Shown piece after piece: positions 9,009-20,984 of a stretch of 64,000 bases of DNA. The DNA lies in NCBI GenBank assembly GCA_907165135.1, contig OU015570.1:1612001-1676000 (forward strand), given 5' to 3'. The position numbers and the translations under genes are program-made. Each line of letters starts with the position of its first letter. Position 1 is the stretch's first letter. This DNA is from Oikopleura dioica (taxonomy: Eukaryota; Animalia; Chordata). The notes beneath the pieces were generated by a model. That model made no database searches, was not told where the DNA came from, and saw nothing but the letters and a program-made list of their open reading frames with translations.

Positions 9009-10388
9009 ATGGAAGGGGAATATTTCAAAAACGCTTCTGATCTTACTCGATATGAGCTATTGCAAATCTATGACTCTTGTCCGGGAAAGTGTTACCCAAC
9101 AAAAATCCCAATCACGGACAAACGATCCATTGTTTGCAATATCTTACTCGTTGATCCGGGTTTTCTCGAAAGAGACCGAAAGTTTCATTTTAAACCGACA
9201 AATGACGGTAAATTTGTCGAATTTTTGCCCGACTTCACTGGGGAAGTCGAGCAGAAATTTGCTCACCCACGGCATAAAATGAACCTCGAGCAAATTGTCG
9301 CAACTCAAGAAGCTGATTCCTTGAGCAAGTTAATGGCCTCTTTGGATGTCGAGAGTGATACTGAGGGTCTACCAGAGCTTGACGTAACCGATGAAAACTC
9401 ATCTTCCGACTCTGATATGTCAGCAAACGCTACCATGAGACCGAGAAATTCTCGACCAAAGCGATCTACGCCACCAAAGCCCGAGATCAAGAAAGAAAAA
9501 CCTGAAAAGAAGCCATCTAAGAACCGAGACAAACAACCCACTCGAAATAGAAGGGAGGAACGCGAACCCGAATATCAGCCAAAACGGAAGTTTGAGTCCG
9601 GCAAAGCACGAATAAAAACGCCGAAATATGATACATGCCTTCCGATAAGTGCCTGGATTCGAAACATGGAGATTTATGGCCGGGTCACCTCGCTTAATGA
9701 TGAAGAGCTCATCACATGCGCCCTCAGTGCTCTGCTAGCCGAAGAGCAAGGAAGCCACATCATCGCCTCTCTCACAGACACTGAACTTCAGGAATGGGAT
9801 GCATTCAAAGCAAAACTTGAAGACGTGCTTGGCTTCTCCCGAGATCACTGGAAACACCTTTATGAGAACTACCAACGTGGATCTGACTCTTTTGGTGTCG
9901 CCATGGCCAAGTTAACGAGCTATTACAGGCAAGGGTATAACATCAAAGATCTCCGAAAACACGACGAAGAACTCTTAATCGAGAAATTTTGCTCTGCCCA
10001 AGACGATCGACTTCGAGAACTTCTATTGCGAGACAAAGCTAGCCTTGATGTTAGCTCGATTGTTAAACGAGCAAACGAGCTTGAAAGATCCATTCCGAAA
10101 CGCGAGATCAATTTCGCCGCTGTCACGAAACCTGAAAATGACCCGATCAACAAACAAATCCAGCAACTCATGGAAGAGTTCAAAAAGTTCAAAGCGGACC
10201 ATGAGACTCACCGGAAAAAGCAAAGTGTAAAGAAAAAATCAAAGATTGATCTTGACAAAGCCCAAGGATACTGCTTGAAGTACACGAACACTGGTCAATG
10301 CAAGTATGGAAGTTCCTGCAAGTACCAACATGCTCAGCAGCAAGAAATCCCTGCACAGGTCAAAGAATACGCAAGGTCACTCTTATGA
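9009..10388 (+). CDS. gag: Gag with C-terminal CCCH zinc finger
   Basis: Intact 459 aa; capsid-like 'PKYD...WIRNME...Q..DSF' region; 'CLKYTNTGQCKYGSSCKYQH' (C-x8-C-x5-C-x3-H). Confidence 0.9.
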   Translation: MEGEYFKNASDLTRYELLQIYDSCPGKCYPTKIPITDKRSIVCNILLVDPGFLERDRKFHFKPTNDGKFVEFLPDFTGEVEQKFAHPRHKMNLEQIVATQEADSLSKLMASLDVESDTEGLPELDVTDENSSSDSDMSANATMRPRNSRPKRSTPPKPEIKKEKPEKKPSKNRDKQPTRNRREEREPEYQPKRKFESGKARIKTPKYDTCLPISAWIRNMEIYGRVTSLNDEELITCALSALLAEEQGSHIIASLTDTELQEWDAFKAKLEDVLGFSRDHWKHLYENYQRGSDSFGVAMAKLTSYYRQGYNIKDLRKHDEELLIEKFCSAQDDRLRELLLRDKASLDVSSIVKRANELERSIPKREINFAAVTKPENDPINKQIQQLMEEFKKFKADHETHRKKQSVKKKSKIDLDKAQGYCLKYTNTGQCKYGSSCKYQHAQQQEIPAQVKEYARSLL

Positions 10389-13300
10389 CTAAGTTATTCT
10401 GAAACTGTTCTTGCCATTCCGAATATGTTCTACGCTCCCTCAAACCTGAAATTTATCAACGTCAATATCAATGGCTACAACTACGTCGCGCTCCTCGACA
10501 CCGGTGCTTTAAAGACCTGTGTCAATTCAAGTCTTCCTTTTGTCAACAACACCAAACCATCGAAAGTGGAAATAATTTGTGCAAACAACCAATTTATCCG
10601 ACCATCAACACTCGCCGAACCAATCAAAATGACAGTCCAAACAATCGGCGACGGAACATTCTCTCTGATCACAAATCCACTTGTTGTCGACTCACTTTGT
10701 GTTCCTGTCCTTATTGGCTGCGACCTCCTCAAAGATGTTGCTTTCCCTGATAAAAAATTAATTGTTTGGAAAAACAAACAAGTCCGAACAATAAGACCCG
10801 ATCAAAACTCCAAATATTGCAATGTCAATGCAATTGTCGAGATCAAAGATTCTAAAACTGAAAGGGAATCCCTAGAATCATTCCAAAGATTACGAAGTCA
10901 AAAGGCCGAAATAATGAATTTCAAACCGGAAATTGGCTCATTCGGCGACACGACTTCGGAGCAAGAAGGAAAACTGATTGATCTCGTTGGCAAATATAAA
11001 CTTGCCTTCTCAATGGGTGAAGATGACCTTGGAAAACTTCATAATTTCCGGTTCACCCTACCTATGCTTGATGAATCTCAGACAACACACCAACCTCCTC
11101 GCCCAATACCGATTCACATGAGAGATCAGGTTCGCAAAGAGATTGAGCGATGGAAAAGTCTGGACATCATCAGAGAGACATCGTCTGGTTTCAATATACC
11201 GCTGATTATTCTAAAGAAACACGATGGCTCTATAAGGATTTCTCTTGATGCAAGATCCTTAAACAAACTCATTCAACAAGATCGGTTCCCGCTGCCTCAC
11301 TTGTCTGTGGTATTGACAGATATCGGAACTCGTCTTTCAAATGGGAACTCATGCTTCATCAGTCAAATTGATTGCCACCGAGGGTATTGGCAAATACAAA
11401 CTGCCGCTGATGATTCCCACAAGCTTGCTTTCTCTTTCAACAACAAACACTACGCCGCCCAACGTATGCTCTATGGTGTGTCAACAGCCCCGAGTGCATT
11501 CTCACGAATCATGCAGAAACTACTCAACCATCCGAGTATCCTCCTGTACTTGGACGATATAATCTGCATTGATAACTCCTTCGAAAAACATCTTGAGACC
11601 CTGGAGTTTATTTTCAAAACATGCGTTGATAATGGCCTACTTCTTTCACCGAAAAAGTGTTACCTGTGTCGAACTGAGGCCGACTTCCTTGGCTACTCTA
11701 TTAGCAAAGATGGAGTTCGACCAACAGAAAAACACCTCGAAACTGTCAAAAACTTGAAGGCTCCACAGTCAAAGAGCGAAGTAAAACGCCTTTTAGGAGT
11801 TTTCAACTATAACATCAAGTTCATTCGAGACGGAAGTGCCATTCTGCAACCCCTTTACGACCTCACATCAAAGAATACCGAATTTTTATGGGCTGACAAA
11901 CATGAGCGTGCCTTCCAAACAATTAAGAATGAATTGTTGAAAAAGCCATCACTGTCACACTTTCAACTTCGAAAACCCTTGATTTTGGTCACCGACAGTA
12001 GTGGAAAGAAAGTTGGCGGAATCCTCTATCAAAGAATCGGAGAAAATCTAAACATTCTTGGCTACTTCTCCAAAGCCCTGAAAGGACCTGACTTAAAACG
12101 ATCAATGAGGATCAAAGAGCTGTTTGCACTGGCATTCAGCATTTCCCATTTCGAGTATTTCCTTCTCAATACACACTTTACATGCGTGGTTGATCACAAG
12201 TCACTATGTTATTTGTTCAAAGAGCAACGAGACTACAAAAACAACGATATCAAACTCACAAACATCCACAATTATTTGCTCAAATTCAATTTTACGATCC
12301 TCCACGAACCCGGCACAAGTCCGATAATGTGTACTGCTGATTATCTCTCACGTCTAGAGGCTTCTTCCAGCGATGACCTTGAGAGTGACTCAATGAAATT
12401 CGAGGATATTCCCGAAACTGTGTTCGCCTTCCACACAAGAATGACTGCTAACGAAGAGAGCGTTTTCTCATTTGGCGAACAAAACTTTACAGCGAAAGAA
12501 TTTTCCAAACTTCAAATGGATTGTCCAAAGTCAAGAAACCTTATTGAAAAATGTGGACGCAATCCAAAATCACCATTTGAAACTAAGGACGGGTTACTTT
12601 ACAAAGATAATCGTCTTGTCCTTCCTGAAGATCTCAGCAATGAATTTATCTCCTTTCTTCATTGCTACACGTGCCATGCTGGTAGCAAACAATTAAACAT
12701 GATGTTAAAACGGTTTTTCATCCACGACGTGCAAACAAAAACCCGTGAGATAACAACATCATGTGCCACTTGTATCAATACGGAGCCCTTGAGCAAACTC
12801 CGTCCTTCAATGATCCAAAATCGGTATTTCGAGTCAATACCATTTACAAAAACTTTCTTTGATCTGATGGATTTTGGTCAAAAGGACAACCAAGGGAAAC
12901 GATACCTTCTCACTTGTTCCGACTCACTGACTGGCTATATTGATGGAGAGCCTCTTGGAACAAAAAGCGATCCTGCTGTTGCGAAAAACATTCTTACTTT
13001 GATCCTTCGGCATGGAATCAACAACGACTGCTTCTCAGATAACGGATCTGAATTTGGCCCGCTTGTTGCCGAAGTATTTCGCAAATTTGAGATCCGACAC
13101 TCGCGAACAACTGCTTACCGAAGTCAAAGCAATGGTGCTCTAGAAAGACTTCACCGCGAGGTCAACACCAAACTTAAGCTATTGAATGCTGATCACCGTA
13201 ACTGGTCAACTGCCTGGCCAATGGTTAGATATTATATCAACAATTTACCAAAATCGACGCTAGATGGCAGAAGTGCTAATGAGTGCTATTATGGACGACA

Positions 13301-13814
13301 ATTCCACGTCCCTTTCCAAACAAATCCTGTTGACGGCGCATCAAAGGAAAAATGGTTGACTGGACTCAACAAGTACTTTGATAAATTGCACCCGTCTATT
13401 CTTGCTCATCAAGTTTCTCGATACCGGAAACTGCTTGCACGAGACAAGAATAATGCTCCTACCCTTGAAATTGGATCCAAATGTCTCATCTGGAAACCAG
13501 CTTTTAGAAAGCTAAATAGAGTCTGGTTCGGCCCGTTCACTGTTATCAAACGAATCAGCAAGGACTCTTACATTGTGAAAGATGTCGAAAGTCGAAGGGA
13601 GTACCGTCGACATATCAACTTGATCCGACCATTGAAGTTCAAAAATGACCCTGAGGAACTTCCTGTTACCGTTCCACCAGTTTCTCCAGATCCTGATACC
13701 GTTGCTAAACTTGATGCTGAAGAAGTTCATGACATGAAAGAACTTAAAGAAGTTTGCCCTGGAGAACCTCACATTAATACTTGGGCAAATAGATTGCGGC
13801 CAAGACACCAATAA
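10389..13814 (+). CDS. pol: Pol (protease, RT, RNase H, integrase), in frame with gag
   Basis: LLDTGA protease; YLDD RT; VTDSS RNase H; H-x4-H...C-x2-C and DDE integrase; GPF module; open from 10389. Confidence 0.97.
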   Translation, partial: LSYSETVLAIPNMFYAPSNLKFINVNINGYNYVALLDTGALKTCVNSSLPFVNNTKPSKVEIICANNQFIRPSTLAEPIKMTVQTIGDGTFSLITNPLVVDSLCVPVLIGCDLLKDVAFPDKKLIVWKNKQVRTIRPDQNSKYCNVNAIVEIKDSKTERESLESFQRLRSQKAEIMNFKPEIGSFGDTTSEQEGKLIDLVGKYKLAFSMGEDDLGKLHNFRFTLPMLDESQTTHQPPRPIPIHMRDQVRKEIERWKSLDIIRETSSGFNIPLIILKKHDGSIRISLDARSLNKLIQQDRFPLPHLSVVLTDIGTRLSNGNSCFISQIDCHRGYWQIQTAADDSHKLAFSFNNKHYAAQRMLYGVSTAPSAFSRIMQKLLNHPSILLYLDDIICIDNSFEKHLETLEFIFKTCVDNGLLLSPKKCYLCRTEADFLGYSISKDGVRPTEKHLETVKNLKAPQSKSEVKRLLGVFNYNIKFIRDGSAILQPLYDLTSKNTEFLWADKHERAFQTIKNELLKKPSLSHFQLRKPLILVTDSSGKKVGGILYQRIGENLNILGYFSKALKGPDLKRSMRIKELFALAFSISHFEYFLLNTHFTCVVDHKSLCYLFKEQRDYKNNDIKLTNIHNYLLKFNFTILHEPGTSPIMCTADYLSRLEASSSDDLESDSMKFEDIPETVFAFHTRMTANEESVFSFGEQNFTAKEFSKLQMDCPKSRNLIEKCGRNPKSPFETKDGLLYKDNRLVLPEDLSNEFISFLHCYTCHAGSKQLNMMLKRFFIHDVQTKTREITTSCATCINTEPLSKLRPSMIQNRYFESIPFTKTFFDLMDFGQKDNQGKRYLLTCSDSLTGYIDGEPLGTKSDPAVAKNILTLILRHGINNDCFSDNGSEFGPLVAEVFRKFEIRHSRTTAYRSQSNGALERLHREVNTKLKLLNADHRNWSTAWPMVRYYINNLPKSTLDGRSANECYYGRQFHVPFQTNPVDGASKEKWLTGLNKYFDKLHPSILAHQVSRYRKLLARDKNNAPTLEIGSKCLIWKPAFRKLNRVWFGPFTVIKRISKDSYIVKDVESRREYRRHINLIRPLKFKNDPEELPVTVPPVSPDPDTVAKLDAEEVHDMKELKEVCPGEPHINTWANRLRPRHQ

Positions 13815-14230
13815 AATGTGAAGGGGGAGGGAAGGCCCTTACAAGCCCCGTGTGCCAATCCATATTTGTGGAACAATATGGCTGTAAACAAAGTCCACTT
13901 GGATATCCGACTAAAGAGCAGCTTGGCGACCGCTCATGGAGAAGGGACCTCCTTACGAATCAAACCTCGCCTCGTAACCAAAAAGTAGCTTCCGTTCCCT
14001 GCTAATAGTTAGGTGGCCATATCCCTCACGCATTTTTGATTTTTGTGACGCTGAAAGTCTACCGCGCGCAACTCAGACTGATGCCTCTCCAACATTCGAA
14101 AATGTAGAAATATGAAGACGACAAGATGCAACCGTTCTTGTTTACAGAAATCTTCGACGATAGAAGAATGATTGTTACCTGTGACGTTCATGTGCTAAGA
14201 TGAACAATCAATGTCATACCGAGATGACAA

Positions 14231-15325
14231 ATGATACAAGAGCTACGCAGTGATACCCATAAAAGTGCCGCTTCAATATTTATACAGCACTTATCTATCC
14301 CTTTTTTCACGAAAATTTTGGCCAAAATTTGAGATTTTGGTTGCCAAGATTTTCACTTCATTTTATTCCAATCGCGTGTCGACGAGAGACACAAGCTTAA
14401 AAGAGATGTCGAACACTACCTTGAACCAAATCCTTGTCTGGATGCAACCGTACGACTCTAAGAAGCGCTTCCAACAATTCTGTCTGACATATATGCTTGG
14501 ACACACTTATCTTTCCGACTGCGAAAACCTTCTGTTTACTTCCTCAAACTGGTCAACATCACTACCAATTCCAGTGATGACCTTAACAACCCCAACACAA
14601 GAGGTGAACATCTGTTCTCTTTTGGAATTTACCGGAAAAATCTCCTCTACAGACATTTAAGTCAAGAAACTTATGATGACAATCATATCTTGACTTCTTT
14701 CGATAAGTTCAACAGATGCAGAAACCTTTGGAAGAAATTCCGAGATATCACGATTCCCGAATTACAACTTATCGCAAATAAAGCAAAGAGACTAAACGCT
14801 GATTATCTGAGAGAGCTTGGAATTAATGCTCAAATACCTTGTAACCTGCCGCCTGGAACAAACAATGAGCAAACAACTCGTTTCCATCCTACAAACAATA
14901 ATGAACAAAATCCTGAGACGTCTGTGAATTATGAGTTAGTCCCAATCAGTGATGATGAACAGCAAAAAGATTTTCCGAAAGTTACCGATGATGTCACTGG
15001 ACAAACTTTTGGGGATATGTTTCATCCTCCACCACCTGATAACCAAATTCCAACTGCTTCGAATGACACTGGATCAACTATGGATGATATTCTTCGAAAT
15101 GTTTCTGCAAGCTGCCTTGATTGGCTCAAACCCTACATTGAGATGTCAAATGACCGCTCCGCTGACAAATCAAATGAAAACGCCACATCACAGTCAACAA
15201 CCAACTCGTCTCCAAGCCAAATAATGAATGATGCTGATCAACTGATCAATGGAAATCTGTGGAATAAATACTCTGAAAGCTCGCCAGAATCATGGCGTGG
15301 ATACACATCATCCGACTCAGACTAA
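14231..15325 (+). pseudogene. orphan accessory ORF3 of element 1 with two in-frame stops
   Basis: Manual translation from ATG 14231 stays in one frame to 15325 with only TGA 14330 and TAA 14459; no signal peptide or TM segment seen. Confidence 0.5.
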
Positions 15326-15349
15326 AATATTGATTTAAGTCTGAAAAAT

Positions 15350-15362
15350 AAAGAGGGAGGAA
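15350..15362 (+). promoter_or_regulatory. polypurine tract of element 1
   Basis: AAAGAGGGAGGAA, 2 nt upstream of the 3' LTR. Confidence 0.85.
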
Positions 15363-15364
15363 TT

Positions 15365-15835
15365 TATAGGTCTTACTATTCTGCTCGTTTCATAAAAAGA
15401 ACACATAATTCCGCCAAAGGCAATTGCGCGTCTGACGCCCGCCCGCCTTACCACTGCTCTTGGGCGCCGCCTACATTTTTGAAATGGCCTTCGGCGCCGC
15501 GAGATGAGCTAGTTCATTTTCAACTGTCTTTCCTGAATCTGAACTACGCCTTCTGAACTTCAATCACTACAACTCGTTGTGAACTGCTTCAACTCGTTGT
15601 GAACCTCTTCTTTTCGATCCGAGCTGTTCTTACTGACCATCACCTGTTCCAGCTGTATACGAAGCAAAAGTAAAGCCTATATAAACCCTCTTACACTCTC
15701 ATTCTCAACCACTCAGAGATACTTTTGTGGACAATAAACCAAAACTAACTTTTAACCTTTTTAACCTTCATTCAACTCTAGAGTTGCCTGAAGTTGCGTT
15801 GTGTTATTTCTTTGCAGAATAGTCTAACCTATACA
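15365..15835 (+). repeat. 3' LTR of element 1
   Basis: About 99% identical to 8403-8875. Confidence 0.95.
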
Positions 15836-16902
15836 TTATTGTAAAAATGAGAATCGGTCATTTCTTGAAGAAGGCCTTTTCTTGTAAATTTTCAGATTTG
15901 CAATAAATGGACATTTACAAAAAATGGTCGAATTTTGTTTTAAGAAGAAAAGTCACTTTTACAAGAAAAGTCCGTGTCCCAATCCCGGCAAGTCGTAGCT
16001 CGGCCGGAAATCCCGGCGAGTCGTAGCTCTCCCTTCAGAGCAATAAAGTTTCGGCAGGTTTTTTCATTCTCATCCTGATGTGCGCTGCTATGCGCGTCCA
16101 ATGAATGTCCTTATCAATTTGTCACCTTCAAAATCTCGTGTTATTTTCCGCTCGCATGTTCGGAAGAGTTTTTTCTCGCGCTTCATTCTTCAAAAATGCA
16201 GGAACTCGAGGATGATTATGCGCCGATAATTAAAACGGAATCGACGGAAAACGCTAAAAACAATAAACTTTTTCCGGATTTTATAATCCTTGAAAACAAG
16301 TATGTTTTGAAAAGAACCGCAACCTTTTCGAAGTCTTTGATCTTTAATTGTACAGCGAAACAGCCTGATGGAATGATTGCCGATGAAGATATGAGATCAT
16401 ACCATCACCACTTGTCTCCAGACAAGAGAGTCACATAAGAAAAAGGAAAAATGGTGACGTTGAGCGGGAAGCAATCGAGTAGAAGATCAAGCTCCTCCTT
16501 GATTCCGATCATCTCTACGATCCTTTTCAGTACATTATCAAAAAGCCGAAGAAACTGCCTTGTGTCCATACATACGTCCATTCTGATAGTACCAAAGCGA
16601 AGGTCACTAATTTTGACAAGACAATTCTTCACGAAAATATATCAAGGTAATAATTTTGACTGTAAAATATAATTAATTTTTTAGCTTTCTGCACACGGCT
16701 TGTGGTTGAAAAATTTGGAGAAAATGCTTACATCGCTCATTTTCCATCTGACACGGAGTTTACGAACATGTGCTACCTCAAACGAACTTCTGAACAAGAG
16801 CGAGAAGAAATTGTCGATCTTTTCACCTATGATTTTCAACCAGAAGGAATGGATAATAATTGTTATTTATAAAGAATAAATGTTAGTTAAATAATCAAGA
16901 TG

Positions 16903-18201
16903 AATGTAGGAGTTTATTGCAGTTTGCTGAACGTTTTCGGTCGGAGGACCATCATCAGAGCTTGTTCCTTGATAAACTTGAAAAATCTTAAAGGAAAGCG
17001 TACCTTCTTTTGTAAGACTGCAGAACTGATTTAAAAACCAAAATAACTTAGTCCCAGAGTAATATTCTAGAAAATATGGTGGTAAATTTTTAAGGTAATC
17101 GATATTTTTATCAGAGGCTCCTAACTAGGCTCGAAAATGCCTCTGATCGGTAAAACAATTAATAATTATTAATTCTTAATATTAAACAGTCCTTTCAGGA
17201 CTGAGAATTCCGAGTTGATTATATAAACTTGTAGATGTTGAATTTGCTTATTCAACGGAGGATTATGAAGACGAATTTCTAATGCTTCCATTTGTACTCT
17301 CTTTTTGTATGCTAGATTTCGGTGTAAAACTGTAAACATTTTACTGAGATAGTCAAGATTTAAAATTATTCTGCTCGTATTCATCATTGAATCGAGTTTG
17401 AAAAATTTCACAATTTTCAGTATGAGAGAAAATTGCTGTTTGTTTCGACCTTCGTTGATGGTCAATAATTCTAGATTTTAGGCATTCACTCTCACCGATG
17501 TAAACTGCGCCGATTATTAAGAATTAATTATTATAACAGTTTTTTCCTCTTTTGTGGACCCCAAGTTTGTGGACATTTTTTCCATTTTAAGGCCTTTAAG
17601 TGGGACACTTTATAAAAGATGCTGTTCCAAGTTTGTGGACATTTTTTCGCGGAAAGAAATAAAAAGACAATTTTTTGTGGTGAGATTAATTCTAGCTAAT
17701 CAAGATCGAGTTGTTCATTGTTTACGAAAAACAAAATTAAAGGTTGAACTAGAGACAAAGGGGCCTTTGTCAGTCTTTCAGGAGCATAAATGCAAAGTCT
17801 AGAAAACCATTCGGCGTACTCAAATCTCGAAAAAATTTTAATCGATTTCGATGGGACATTTTTCGGAAGACGTTGCCCAAGTTTGTGGACATTTTTCGAA
17901 AATTTTGGGACAAAAAATGTCCACAAAAGAGGAAAAGAACTGTAATTGTTTTTCCGATCAGAGGCATTTTCGAGCCTAGTTAGGAGCCTCTGATAAAAAT
18001 ATCGATTACCTTAAAAATTTACCACCATATTTTCTAGAATATTACTCTGGGACTAAGTTATTTTGGTTTTTAAATCAGTTCTGCAGTCTTACAAAAGAAG
18101 GTACGCTTTCCTTTAAGATTTTTCAAGTTTATCAAGGAACAAGCTCTGATGATGGTCGTCCGACCAAAAACGTTCAGCAAACTGCAATAAACTCCTACAT
18201 T
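16903..18201. mobile_element. foldback/MITE-like element with 259-bp inverted arms
   Basis: 16903-17161 and 17943-18201 are near-perfect reverse complements; the 781-bp spacer has 3 copies of CCAAGTTTGTGGACATTTTT. Confidence 0.8.
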
Positions 18202-19665
18202 TATCTACACGATGTCATTTATCAATCAAGATGAATGTCTATCCAAAAAAGATCTCTCTTGCTTTGGCAGACAGATTATGTTTCCTGACAAAGATTCCAA
18301 ATTGATTATTCAGAAAAATAATTTATTCTCTACAACAAGAATTTTATCGAAGAGCTGGGCGTCTTTCAAGATGCAATTCTTGTTGGGAAGTTTATCTAAA
18401 CGCGAAGCTGCATAAAGAACCCCCTTACCCGAAGTGTACACCTTTTGTCGATTATACCTTGCTCTCAAGATAATCTTCTGAGAATCCTCGATTAAAGAAA
18501 GTCGAAGAAAAAAGTTGAAGCTCCCCCAAATAGTCCTTTCTCGATAAAAAAATTTAAATCGTAGTATTTGCTAAAATAAAGGTTAGGGTTAGGGGGCACC
18601 TGCGAAAATGACGGAACAACCTCACCCGAGGGTAACCCTTACTAACCCTTGACTAGACCCCGGCATCTTAGGACCGAGGGGCAGAGCCCCGAAGTAAGGG
18701 ACAATTTGATTTTATAATTTTCTCTTGATAAAATAAGCGCTCAATTCGAGATTATTCAATTCTCTGCGTAAATTTTGTCGGCAAGAATATAAATATCTCC
18801 AGCAATTACTGAGTCTATATAATATAGACTATATTTCAAGAGTAGAATTTATCCGTACTACGCTTTTTTGGCCTTTCAAAAACTTGGGTCCTCCGATCGT
18901 GTCGGACCCTTATTTAGAGACTGAATCTTTAATTCCGTTAGCGTGGGTAAGATTGGCTCCTGTTTCGACGTGCACGCGCGCGCCTGTTGATTTTTTGACA
19001 CTTTCAAGGCTCATCGCAAAGTCATTTTAATTTCAGACTTATATAACAAACGTAGTATGAAACGAATTCTGAACAGCACATCCGCGAAGTCAAGGACCGC
19101 AAGCGCGAGCGGGCCAGCAAGATCGAAGCCAAGGTCGTCCAAGTGAACACGGGCAATCTCGAGCTGCTGTCGGAAATCAAGGCCAACCGCTCTGTTATCT
19201 ACGCCATGAATGACAATCAACGCGTTCAGAATAATGTTCTACCGTCGCCTCAGCAAATCGCTGCCCGTCCGCAAGTTAATAGTAGTGCTGCCACGCCAGT
19301 TGATTATGAAACGATTATCGGAAATGGTGCCCCGAAGCTAAGCCTCGGCCTTCGATAACAATGAGACCGTATCAAAACCAGATGAGGGAAATGGTAGGTC
19401 AAAATAAAGACGTTCATTCACTACGAATTTAAATAGGAAATCTGGAAAAACAAGAAATCTGCTAAGTGTGATTGCCCGAAACTGAGGGTCAAAAAAAAAT
19501 TACTTGTTGCTTGGAAGTATAAATCTGTTCGACACTCGAGGTAAGCATAACTAGGTTGTTTTAAAAAAGTCATTTTCAAACCCAATTTTCGGAAAATTTA
19601 CCTTAGTGACTCCCTTATTCTTTTCCTCAAAAGAGAGCCAAAACTTGAAACTTCCTTTTGGACTT

Positions 19666-19942
19666 GGTCTAGGATTAGGGGTGACTGTTGGTGATCCAAA
19701 ATAAGATGCTCAGGATGGATCACCAAAAAATGGTGATCGAGGCCAGATGAGAAAATCAGTGCCTGTTATCTCTTCGATCAGCTCAATTGAAAGGCTTATT
19801 TTGCACAAGATATAATAATGTGACCTTTTGCGCTAAAACAAGCAAATCTACAAAAATTCTCTACTAAGAATCACCAGCGGATCACCAGGAGCCACCGAGC
19901 AACTTATTTTGGATCATCATCGGTCACCCTCAATCCTAGACC
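19666..19942. mobile_element. small MITE-like element with ~45-bp imperfect TIRs
   Basis: GGTCTAGGATT..GGGTGAC...TGATCCAAAATAAG.TGCTC mirrored at the right end (...CAATCCTAGACC). Confidence 0.6.
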
Positions 19943-20984
19943 TAGCTTTTAGATATGGTTCACGAAGAAAATTCAAAATGGACGGGAGAGCTACGACTTG
20001 CCGGGATTTCTGGCCAAGCTACGACTTTCCGGGATTAAATTTGCAGAATCCCGGCGAGTCATAGCTGATGTTTTAGAAACTCTAGATGACAGAACTATAC
20101 GGAAGTTAAAAAATGGAAAATTCGCCGATTATTGATTTTTTTCAATCAGTTTAAAAACCCTAACCCTAACATTAAAATAGAAAAATCACACAAATACAAA
20201 TTTACACGGTGCTTCCACCCTGGATTGGCAATCTCACTGTCAAACCACTAAGCACCCAGTTAAAAACCAAATTTAACAATAAAATATGTAACATGTTAAA
20301 AAGAAAAAATATTTCAAGTAAACTTGTATCAGTTTTGCAAAGCAAAATTTTGTAAAATTTTTACCCTAACCCTTATTTTAGAATGATTAAGCATATTTAT
20401 ATCAGAGTTTCTAGAACAGCTACGACTGGCCGTGACTTAATATGCAAGGTCCCGGCAAGTCGTGAAAATCCCGGCGAGTCGTAGCTCCCCGATAAAAACC
20501 GATTTTTACCCGAAATAAAGCTCATTTTTGGACAAAACTCCACCTCAGCTATTAGGGTTCGCACGCAAATAATTTTTTGATTTTCAAGCTTCTTAAAACT
20601 CGTTGATATTAAAATTTACAATAGTAATATTGGCATTTAGAAGAAGTTTAAATTCTTTAAAAATATAAAAATTTTTTTCAACCCTTTTTACCAAAAAAAT
20701 TTTTGATTCGTCTTTAGGCACATTTTTAGTGAAGCGGCACTAACTAGTACTCGATATATTGTAGAAAATGCCATTACGAACAATCTGTGAAAGTTTGTTT
20801 AAAATCGGTTGGTACTCCTGGGCGCCGTGGCTCTTGAAAATATGAATCCGGATCATCAAAAAGTGCGCGAAATTTGAAATTTGAAGATGGATTGACATTA
20901 TCAATGATGTCGAGAATAAAATCCAACTGTTAACTTAATAAAACTCAAAAACGAAAAATACACACTGATAAAAATTCTAGAGAA

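Larger units (their letters stand above)
8403..15835 (+). mobile_element. full-length Ty3/gypsy LTR retrotransposon, element 1 (Tor-like, no env)
   Basis: Two ~472-bp LTRs differing by 2 substitutions and 2 single-T indels; 4-bp TSD TTAT (8399-8402 / 15836-15839); PBS, PPT, gag, and pol in PR-RT-RH-IN order. Confidence 0.97.
15981..20036. mobile_element. region bracketed by 53-bp inverted repeats (putative non-autonomous DNA element)
   Basis: 15981-16033 is the near reverse complement of 19984-20036; each arm has two AATCCCGGC(A/G)AGTCGTAGCT cores; no TSD found. Confidence 0.5.

Noticed and set aside
18580-20375. Interstitial telomere (TTAGGG/CCCTAA at ~18582, ~20157, ~20363)
   Set aside because: Only about two units each; not enough to call a telomeric array.
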